DNA of 64,000 nucleotides, taken from contig CAWHBO010000003.1 of NCBI GenBank assembly GCA_963827735.1, positions 252,676 to 316,675 on the forward strand, written 5' to 3'. The DNA is from Candidatus Parcubacteria bacterium. Its GTDB lineage: Bacteria > Patescibacteriota > Patescibacteriia > Patescibacteriales > UBA12075. Made by a program: the position numbers and the translations under genes. Below the pieces are notes generated by a model. That model was not told the origin of the DNA. It saw only the letters and a program-made list of their open reading frames with translations, and ran no database searches. The number at the start of each line of letters is the position of its first letter. Within the stretch, counting starts at the first letter, position 1. Of this stretch, positions 35,101-42,139 are shown piece after piece.

Positions 35101-37502
35101 TCAGATATATCTCCCGAAGGAAAATCATAAACCACATAGCTTACTTCCAAACCATTTGCCCAAAATTTTAAATTTTCAAGATTTGTTTTTCCGTCATAGG
35201 TTACACAAATATAATGCCAAATACCTGTAGCAAAATCATAATTCATGGTAGCAATTAAATAGCTCACATCAAATTGCTGATAAAAAGCAATACCGGATTG
35301 ATAATATAAATTCCAACCAATCATTCCAGTCCCTTGATCTTTACCAATAATATATTGATCGCCCAAACTATCAGGTTTTAACCAAGCACATATTGTTTTA
35401 TTGGTTAGATTATCAAGCGAAGAATCTGAACCAGCATAAATACCGTCGTCAGTTCCATTAAAACTCCCCCCATTCCCATACTTCCCCGCTGTCGTAGAGG
35501 CATCGCCATAATAGGTGCCGGTGTTGCCATTGCCACTCGCATCAATCGCTCCGCTCGTGGTGGCGCTTTCATCAAACTTCCAATACCCCACCAATCCATC
35601 CGTCATCCATTTATCAGAGGCCGAACCAAAGGCGGCCGTCGCACCCTTGGGGGTGCTTTGGCCTGCTAAACCGGCGGCATAGTCCTGCTTGATTTGATCC
35701 GCCGTGCGGGCGTAGGGGTAGATTTTGACTTCGTCCAAATATCCAATCACACCTTCGTAATTATCTGCCGCGTAACCAACTCTCATGCTAGTATAATCAG
35801 TATCATTCGTAAATTTACCGTTATTACTTCCCGCACCGACCGATATTGGTTTAGAAATTCCATCTATATAGATACCATATTCTTCATCGGCTGTTAGGCA
35901 GACATGGTGCCAGGCATTATTGAATAACGAACGATCTGTATCTGTGAAACCGATATCTTGATTACCGCCATCATATATCCATAAATGAATCACTTCATCT
36001 GTCAAAAACGAACTAGCTCCGTTTCCAATCTGAAGATCAAATGCACTGCTTGACCCGTCACTGAAACTTAATAAAGTTTGCGATTGATCACTGCCAGTCT
36101 TTACCCAGGCGCAATAGGTACCATTGGATAACAATAAATTCGCATAACTGCTTACACCGGCATAATCATTGCCGTCAAACCATAAACACTTCCCGGCAAC
36201 GCACTCACTCTCCTCTTTCCAAACCGCGCCGGTGATGGTGCCGTTGTTATTGTTGGCGCTGGAATCATTGGCCACGGTGCCGTAGCCTTCATCAAACGAC
36301 CAGTAGCCGACAGGGCCGGGGCCGGTTTCTTCTGTTTGAGCCGAAAGGAAAGTGGTTGGGTCGTTTTGATTGTTGTATTCGGTGGCGATCCAGGTGGCAG
36401 AACGTACTGAACGGGAAATTTTGGTTTCATCAATCAATCCATGAAATTCATAAATCAAATCAACAAAAGTACCAAAGTATAAATCATTGGCCGAATCATC
36501 CGCGCGGCCAGCACCATCTTGATACCCGGTAGAACTTGCTATACCATTTCTATATAATATAATATTATTTCCGCCAATTCCGTTTTGTGTAGCGCAAAGA
36601 TAATGCCAAATGTTAGTCGCAATTACTGGTGCCGAATTTACTCTAAAAGTATATGAAGAAGAACTGCTATAACTTGAGCCAAATCCACCGGTTTGTTCTA
36701 AATACAAATCCCAGCCAGCATTAGTAACGCTATCCAATTTACTAACTATAGCTGGATACTCATTGGGTGTAGTTATTGGCTTTACCCAAGTACAAACGGT
36801 AAAATTTTGCAATCTATTCAAACTGGCACTTTTGTTCACCTTGACATAATCATTATCACCATCAAAACTAAACGCCCCGCCCAATTTTCCGTTTGGCGTG
36901 CTGGAGGCATTATAACCGGCTACCCCGTTATTGCCAAATGCCGTGCTGTCACTGCCTGATGCGGTCGCATCATTCGGAAAATGCCAGACTCCGACAAAGT
37001 TTTCATCCCAAACACTCTCAGCCGTTTCCTGACTACCCACCCCCGCGTTGCCATAATACATAAAAATATTAGCGTCCACTCCCTGTGTCATCGTCGGCAT
37101 CTTGACCCAAGCCACCAGCGCGCCGGTCGTGGTGGCGAAAGATTCAATTTCATGGGATAATTTTTCGCCGTTGGCGGATATAAAAATAATGTCATCAGCG
37201 TCCGCTTGCGCATGCGTTCCCAAATCAGCATCAGTCAGGCTGACCAACATGGGGAAGTTTTCCAAATTGCCGGCGATCTTTGAACCATTGATCGTGATAG
37301 CTTTGCGGTAATTCCAAGAGTCGTTCCACCAGGTCGCTTCTACTTCACTGGGTTTTTTTATGAGAAAAAATATGGTTGAAGTAATAACAATCAAGCCAAT
37401 AACAATAAGAAATTGGAAATTGGAAATTGGAAATTGGAAATTTAAAAATCTTCTCAAAGAAAGAGTTGGTTTTTCTAATATAATTTTATTAAATAATTTC
37501 AT
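32121..37502 (-). CDS. Giant LamG (concanavalin-A-like lectin) repeat surface protein with an N-terminal DUF2341-like domain
   Basis: 1793 aa with an N-terminal TM segment and WWNDSWNYRKAITI...NFPMLV (DUF2341-like). At least 7 modules end in the LamG_3 signature (L[IM]D[DE]V[KR]I[YW]N.A[LR]...I). Confidence 0.9.
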   Translation of the reverse strand: MKLFNKIILEKPTLSLRRFLNFQFPISNFQFLIVIGLIVITSTIFFLIKKPSEVEATWWNDSWNYRKAITINGSKIAGNLENFPMLVSLTDADLGTHAQADADDIIFISANGEKLSHEIESFATTTGALVAWVKMPTMTQGVDANIFMYYGNAGVGSQETAESVWDENFVGVWHFPNDATASGSDSTAFGNNGVAGYNASSTPNGKLGGAFSFDGDNDYVKVNKSASLNRLQNFTVCTWVKPITTPNEYPAIVSKLDSVTNAGWDLYLEQTGGFGSSYSSSSSYTFRVNSAPVIATNIWHYLCATQNGIGGNNIILYRNGIASSTGYQDGAGRADDSANDLYFGTFVDLIYEFHGLIDETKISRSVRSATWIATEYNNQNDPTTFLSAQTEETGPGPVGYWSFDEGYGTVANDSSANNNNGTITGAVWKEESECVAGKCLWFDGNDYAGVSSYANLLLSNGTYCAWVKTGSDQSQTLLSFSDGSSSAFDLQIGNGASSFLTDEVIHLWIYDGGNQDIGFTDTDRSLFNNAWHHVCLTADEEYGIYIDGISKPISVGAGSNNGKFTNDTDYTSMRVGYAADNYEGVIGYLDEVKIYPYARTADQIKQDYAAGLAGQSTPKGATAAFGSASDKWMTDGLVGYWKFDESATTSGAIDASGNGNTGTYYGDASTTAGKYGNGGSFNGTDDGIYAGSDSSLDNLTNKTICAWLKPDSLGDQYIIGKDQGTGMIGWNLYYQSGIAFYQQFDVSYLIATMNYDFATGIWHYICVTYDGKTNLENLKFWANGLEVSYVVYDFPSGDISDDSSHNLMIGMVEDTNYEFNGKMDEIRIYNRILSANEIRKLYEWAPGPVAHWKFDEATGATAYDSVASSSFAGGNHGSISGATWAQGKYGGALDFDGVDDYVNIGEPNDLMISGGMTVTAWIKHGEALTSNQYVIGKMGGSGQRAWGLSVEGEASPDEYAFTIAADGTNIRQSYAYANPEEWTFVVGIFEPSSYLRFYLNGIMTYEDTVGIPGTQYWNNGLDINIGNRGALDLPFDGLIDDVRIYNYARTQKQILEDMNAGNLAVKSPVLHLSFDEGYGAVAHDASIFGNDGLLQPGTGGANTASSAMWTKDGKLGGAMEFDGVDDGVKTISNLDITGKIATVSFWMKHQPISSYTPEIFLTYSWTPDASENGFFIDISDNSSGYDPPSLGSICTIMISSSDNYSAYCTNNRYDDNQWHNVIAVMDRNQDTAEAQTIIYIDGDLVNKTVLGIYDYVHTNTYDNDPVYLGYLNDSYSDGSLNGLMDEVKIWNFALNEDEIKAEYNLGKAAVLGSDASRDNNGTAVTGANKEYCIPGDTAVCTPPVLEMKFDELSGGTVFDTSGNGNNGAITGATWDFVGKKGGALDFDGGDYVYSTNQSIGEGSALTVNVWVNFDNLTVNDEIFVNRLRSGFYGWSLYREMVSSGGSIVFLVTNSSNTENGVESDDSFVEKGWHYITGVYDGSYIRLYSDGKSIATPVAFTGNLKDTTHQLCIGGEWNGSSCQNSYNGSLDDVKIYNYARTPAQIAWDYNGGKPVAHWKFDECAGGVVHDDSGNGNHGQLFLGATGVTATGTCASSSNSFWYNGRVGKNNSGGSFDGGSDYALINSFDLSSTPTISLSFWVKKSSFDNIEGLFELTTDTSSFNNGFAVYVDSGIGGCPAGTIGAYTRGNVGDNANCWATPRIDVWHHFVYIGDKNANGINENQLYIDGILQTPSSRIVNADNTNNFGDEPLYFGSRAGSMSFLTGLIDDVKIWNYALTEEQVKMEYGGGAVRFQ

Positions 37503-37944
37503 AATTTCTAATTTCCAATATTTATTTATCTTTATAAACTAATCTACTGCAAGATTTAATATAAGTATTTAATTTCATGTGTAATATATTTAATTCTTTC
37601 ATTAATAAATCATATTCATTATCAAGAATTATATTTCTTTTGTTAAGTAAAAATGTCCAATGTTTTGATTCCATCAGTGAGCCTCTGGAATTATAATAAA
37701 ATTTTATCTTATCTTTGTGATGATATCGCCCATAGCCTTCGGCGATATTAGCACCAATAGAATCTATGGCTGTAATAAACTGATCTCCAATTACTTTCTT
37801 GATTTGCCAATGCATTTTTTCATAGACTTTCCAGGCGATATTGCTTAATTTTAATGACAATCTATATATTTCTAAATCACCTAATTTCAAATATTCTGAC
37901 ATAATTTCCAATTTCCTAATTTCTAATTTCCAATTTCTAATTTC
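37409..37944. mobile_element. Four-helix-bundle cassette bounded by TTCCAAT/ATTGGAA heptamer blocks
   Basis: Block 1 at 37409-37443 is (GAAATTG)n. Blocks 2 (37503-37519) and 3 (37901-37944) are (AATTTCC/AATTTCT)n in the opposite orientation. Confidence 0.7.
37522..37911 (-). CDS. Four-helix-bundle protein (family formerly annotated as 23S rRNA intervening-sequence protein)
   Basis: 129 aa with DQFITAIDSIGANIAEGYGRYHHKDKIKFYYNSRGSLMESKHW, typical of the family. Confidence 0.9.
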   Translation of the reverse strand: MEIMSEYLKLGDLEIYRLSLKLSNIAWKVYEKMHWQIKKVIGDQFITAIDSIGANIAEGYGRYHHKDKIKFYYNSRGSLMESKHWTFLLNKRNIILDNEYDLLMKELNILHMKLNTYIKSCSRLVYKDK

Positions 37945-37945
37945 A

Positions 37946-39625
37946 TTATTTCAATATCATCTTCTCCTTCAAAATCACTCCTTCTTTAAAAATAATCGGA
38001 CTGCCCTTTTGTGCCGCTTCCGTAGTAAACTGGATATATTCGCCATAGCCGGTGCCTTCGGCATTGACGGCATAAGCGCGAATGAAATAATTCGTGCCGG
38101 GCGATAAATTATCTATTACCAATTCATATTCGCCAGAAGAATAAGTTCCGGTTTCGGATTTGGTCCAAGTGTCAGCCGCGGTCAAACCGTATTTGAATCC
38201 TCTTTCGGTAATATCCGCACCCATACGCTCGCTGATACCGCGGGCGGTTATCGCCTTTGATCCGATGCCGGTGGGGGGAAGCGTGGTGACATAGGGCGCG
38301 CCGGTATATTCCATTGTATATGAATCCAGGTCATGATTGAAGTTGATCCAGCCGATATTTTCGCCCCAGGCATAGCCGCTGAAACGCCCATTGTCCAAAT
38401 CAATTACAACTTGTTCGTGCGTAGTATTGAAATTGATCCAGCCGATATTCTCGCCCCAAGCATAGCCGCTCAAAGCGCCCTGGTCATTGGTCACGCCCCA
38501 ATCCGTGGCGGTGGTATTGGTAGCGCCGGCCGTGCCGTTATAATCAAATTTGATCCAGCCGATATTCTCGCCCCAGGCGTAGCCGGTCAGGCCGGCTTCG
38601 GATACGGTGATCATTTCATGGGTAGAGCTGGCATTGACCCAGCCGATATTTTCGCCCCAGGCGTAGCGCCGGTCGCCGCTGAAATGATTGTAGGCATAAG
38701 CGATTTCCTCGCCGAATTGAAATTTGAGAGTATGATCGCCGGCTTTGATGGTATTGTGGATTATTCGGCCGGTCTCGGCGCATTCCCAATTTTCAAAATA
38801 AATAATATCGCCGGATAAAATTTCGGGGGTGCGCAAATCTTCCCCGCACCACAGCGACACAAATTCATCGTCGTTAACGGTCGCCTGGTCATTGGGTGTA
38901 ATTATCAGATCAGCCATACCCTCGGTGGTGAAATTCACTTCCCAGTCGTCGCCGGTCAAAGGCTGTGAATACAGATTCAAAATACTTATTTCAACACTTG
39001 GGTCCAGAATAATCGGATATTTATGCGCAGACAGCCAAGCCGGGTCGGGCGTTAAAGTCAAAATATTATTTTCAAATTTCATTTTCACGTCTGTAACCAA
39101 ACTTTCTTCACCGTTAGCATCTATCATAAATGCGGCCGGAATAGTAAAAATTAAATCCAAAGGATTTGGTTCATTGGAATCTTTGATTTTGTGTTCTTGG
39201 CTATAAAAATTCAAATTGCCTTGGCTGTCTGACCTGGCTTCCAGTCCCTGGGCATCTATTTTAAATTCAAAAATTTCCGGATGACCGGGCTGTTTCAATA
39301 TTATATCTTCTTTAATTTCATAGCCGAAAACCGATTGTACCACATCCGTGTTTTGATAAGCGTTGATATATTCAACTTTGCGCAAGCAATTTTGGTCCGA
39401 ATTTTCCGCTTCACTAAGCAGCGTCATTTCAGCATAGGCCGGCTTGATAAAGATACTTTCATCATTTCGCATCAACTTCATGCCATCTGGATATGCATCC
39501 GGCAAAACATAAGCAAAGGCGGGGGCTGGTTTATTGGACACTAAAAGAAAAGCCAATAAAAACGCTCCGCTAACTAAAAGCGATAATATTAATAAATAAA
39601 TAATTTTAAATTTCTTTTTTTTCAT
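37946..39625 (-). CDS. Secreted protein with four GYAWGENIGWI repeats and a C-terminal FN3-like domain
   Basis: 559 aa with a signal peptide (…APAFA), four copies of [GR]YAWGENIGW[IV][NK][FA], and an FN3-like end (LSPGTNYFIRAYAVNAEGTGYG). The start lies 3 nt after the stop of the ATPase gene. Confidence 0.8.
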   Translation of the reverse strand: MKKKKFKIIYLLILSLLVSGAFLLAFLLVSNKPAPAFAYVLPDAYPDGMKLMRNDESIFIKPAYAEMTLLSEAENSDQNCLRKVEYINAYQNTDVVQSVFGYEIKEDIILKQPGHPEIFEFKIDAQGLEARSDSQGNLNFYSQEHKIKDSNEPNPLDLIFTIPAAFMIDANGEESLVTDVKMKFENNILTLTPDPAWLSAHKYPIILDPSVEISILNLYSQPLTGDDWEVNFTTEGMADLIITPNDQATVNDDEFVSLWCGEDLRTPEILSGDIIYFENWECAETGRIIHNTIKAGDHTLKFQFGEEIAYAYNHFSGDRRYAWGENIGWVNASSTHEMITVSEAGLTGYAWGENIGWIKFDYNGTAGATNTTATDWGVTNDQGALSGYAWGENIGWINFNTTHEQVVIDLDNGRFSGYAWGENIGWINFNHDLDSYTMEYTGAPYVTTLPPTGIGSKAITARGISERMGADITERGFKYGLTAADTWTKSETGTYSSGEYELVIDNLSPGTNYFIRAYAVNAEGTGYGEYIQFTTEAAQKGSPIIFKEGVILKEKMILK

Positions 39626-39628
39626 TGC

Positions 39629-40753
39629 TTAAAAAATAAAACCTTCAAGATCGCGAGGCGTCAGTATTTTGTAGTCGATGCCGGCGGTACAGCCTGCTTT
39701 TTTTTTCAAATTACCATTAAATTTAAATTCATATCCTTTCAATTCGCCTCCGGCTTCTTCCAAAAGATCAATTTCAGCGCCGTCGTATGTCCGTAAGAAA
39801 TAAGCATTGGCGCGTTTTTGTCGATTGTTTCGGTATTTTAACCTTTCAATGATCATAAAATTTTCCCACAAAGCGCCGGTATCGGCCCGGCTATCCAACG
39901 GATTAAAATTATTGATTACCGCGTTCCTGATACCTAAATCATAAAAATAAATTTTCCGTAATTTGGAAATTGTTCTTCGCTTATTTGTAGAAAAAGGCTC
40001 AAGCCGGAATATGATATAATTTTTTTCCATCAAATCAATGTATCTTTCCACGGTTTTTTTCTCTATGCCGATGATATTGGATAATTCGTTATATGATGCT
40101 TCCGATCCGACCTGCAAAGCCAAGGCCTTTAATAACGAAAACAAGACAGATGAATTTTTTACCTGCTGAAATTCCATGATATCTTTAAAAAGATTGCTTG
40201 AGCATAATTCATCAAGCAAATCTTCTTTTTCAGCCTGTCCATTTAACGCCACCACGCCGGGATAAGTTCCATATATCAAACGACTAGGTAGCTCTTTATC
40301 AAGCGATAATAAATTTCCATCAGGATACATTTCCTCCATAGATAAAGCATGCAGTCTGAAAACGAATTTGCGTCCGGTAAGCGGTTCTGAGGTTTTGTCC
40401 AAGAGGTTCAGGCTGGATGAGCCGGTCGCGATTATTTGTATCTTTTTGCCATGGGCATCCACCAATAATTTCAAAGTTTGGCCAATCGTTTCCACTTTTT
40501 GCGCTTCATCAATAAAAACAAACTTGTTTGAGCCGATTATTCCATTCAATTCTTCCAAATTTTTATTATTCAAAGATTCCCGGTCTTTGGGGTTGTCAGC
40601 ATTAAACCTGATAATACCGTCTTTACCTGAATATTCATTCAAAATTTGTTCCGACAAAGTGGTTTTGCCAACTTGTCTGGCGCCGACAATAATAATTGCT
40701 TTTCCTTGAAACAATTTATCTGATATTAGCTTTTTAATTTTTCTTTGATACAT
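39629..40753 (-). CDS. AAA-family ATPase with a DUF4143-like C-terminal domain
   Basis: 374 aa with Walker A GARQVGKTT and Walker B FVFIDEAQ. The overall layout is that of the AAA_14+DUF4143 family. Confidence 0.85.
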   Translation of the reverse strand: MYQRKIKKLISDKLFQGKAIIIVGARQVGKTTLSEQILNEYSGKDGIIRFNADNPKDRESLNNKNLEELNGIIGSNKFVFIDEAQKVETIGQTLKLLVDAHGKKIQIIATGSSSLNLLDKTSEPLTGRKFVFRLHALSMEEMYPDGNLLSLDKELPSRLIYGTYPGVVALNGQAEKEDLLDELCSSNLFKDIMEFQQVKNSSVLFSLLKALALQVGSEASYNELSNIIGIEKKTVERYIDLMEKNYIIFRLEPFSTNKRRTISKLRKIYFYDLGIRNAVINNFNPLDSRADTGALWENFMIIERLKYRNNRQKRANAYFLRTYDGAEIDLLEEAGGELKGYEFKFNGNLKKKAGCTAGIDYKILTPRDLEGFIF

Positions 40754-40999
40754 AATTTTGCGTAAAGATTACCTTATAATCCCTATATTACGCCTATTTT
40801 TACTATTTGTCAATGATATTTTGCTACGTAGTTTCCGCGGCTGTGCCCGGAACCGGAGTTGCGGGCCTTTTTTTATTTGAATAAACTATTTTCGTTATTA
40901 AACGATTTGCATTTATGGTTCCGGGTACAATCCGGAACCTGCAGTGGTTATAATATTCCAAATAATTCAAATTACCAAATATCCAAATAATCTATTGCC

Positions 41000-41833
41000 T
41001 TAATGACGGACACAACGCGCGTAGCTGTTATTCGTCTTGGTGGTGCCGTTCGTGTTGCCGTTGGCCAAGTAGACGAACCATGCGAGAGAAGTATTATTGT
41101 AGTACTCAGTACTTGACCAAAAGTTGAGGGCAGGAGCAGGAATATTGTTAGCAGCACCATTAATATAGGCTTGCATAAGTTCTTTTTGAGATGGCAAATA
41201 CCAATCGGTCTCATCCGTACCGTTGCCATCGGCGTCCAAGGACAGACTTTCACAAAAATCCACGGCTTGCCCACCCTCAGCGTCCAAACCGTCATCAGCG
41301 TCATCAACAACGCCATTTAAGGTAAAAATATTCGTGCGGGTATCGCAAGTTCCATCTACAGCGGCACTATAACAATCCGACCAAAAAAGCCCGGTGCGCA
41401 AATCGCGCTTGACTACAGCCGAGGCGACAGTGGCCCCCGAAAGCGTGGTATCTGTTGTACTGGCCCATGCTCCTTCTTCTAGGTTTTGATCAACCACGGC
41501 GGCATAGGCCAACGCCAGGCTAGCCGAGGTGGCGACAGCCGAACCTTTCCAGTCGTCCCAAATCTGATTTTTTTGAAGCGAAAAATCTACCAAGGAATCA
41601 TAAATCTCTGTCAGCGTATACATAGTGCCGGTGGCGGTCGCCGGCGAGTCTATGCCATAGGCAGTGGGGGTGCAATTGGTGATTTTGCAGTAGATTTCAT
41701 CCAGAGTCTTCATGGTATCGCCGGGTGCGGCAGACGGATTGAGGCTGCCGGCATGGGTATAAATAAAAACCGAAAAAATGGTGAGGCTGACGGAGAGAGT
41801 GATTAATAGAAAATTTTTGATTGGGAGTTTCAT
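41000..41833 (-). CDS. Secreted DUF1566 (Lcl C-terminal, C-type-lectin-fold) domain protein
   Basis: The start is set at MKLPIKNFLLITLSV (signal peptide). The C-terminus DWYLPSQKEL...FWSSTEY...AWFV...YARCVRH matches the DUF1566 pattern. Confidence 0.75.
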   Translation of the reverse strand: MKLPIKNFLLITLSVSLTIFSVFIYTHAGSLNPSAAPGDTMKTLDEIYCKITNCTPTAYGIDSPATATGTMYTLTEIYDSLVDFSLQKNQIWDDWKGSAVATSASLALAYAAVVDQNLEEGAWASTTDTTLSGATVASAVVKRDLRTGLFWSDCYSAAVDGTCDTRTNIFTLNGVVDDADDGLDAEGGQAVDFCESLSLDADGNGTDETDWYLPSQKELMQAYINGAANNIPAPALNFWSSTEYYNNTSLAWFVYLANGNTNGTTKTNNSYARCVRH

Positions 41834-41852
41834 ATAATATTTATTAAAAAAA

Positions 41853-42044
41853 TCAAATAATAAAATCCACATTCGTGGCAACATTTTTTTCATTATCAAT
41901 AATAATTATTCCATGAATATGATTTGGCATTATGACATATTCATCCAAAATTATATTTTTAAAATGCTGTGGTATTTCTTGCCAATATTTATCTGCTAAT
42001 CGCGCTGATTTTATGCGATATTTATTTTTGAATAATTCACGCAT
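41853..42044 (-). pseudogene. RAYT remnant (internally deleted and truncated)
   Basis: MRELFKNKYRIKSARL|ADKYWQEIPQHFKNIILDEYVIMPNHIHGIIIIDN aligns to the 31339-31989 RAYT. About 40 residues after SARM are missing, and the whole Tyr-motif half is absent. Confidence 0.55.
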
Positions 42045-42139
42045 CCCCTTACATTATATTATTTTTTATTAAAAAATTTCTATTGATCAATGACAAAAAA
42101 AATATCAGTGAAATCAGTGCTTTTCAACGGTTCAGACAA

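Noticed and set aside
40845-40940. Possible attenuator: CCCGGAACC (40850), GGTTCCGGG (40918) and TCCGGAACC (40932) could form alternative pairings. A GCCCG...CGGGC hairpin plus T7 run lies on the plus strand.
   Set aside because: No plus-strand gene exists for the T-run hairpin to terminate. On the minus strand the hairpins lack a U-tract. The pairings are short (9 nt) and could be chance or a repeat remnant.
41834-41899. Longer start (41899) for the DUF1566 gene, and the 40972-41316 ORF (114 aa).
   Set aside because: The extension overlaps the RAYT remnant and precedes an obvious signal peptide that begins at 41833. The 114-aa ORF is an alternative frame inside the DUF1566 gene.
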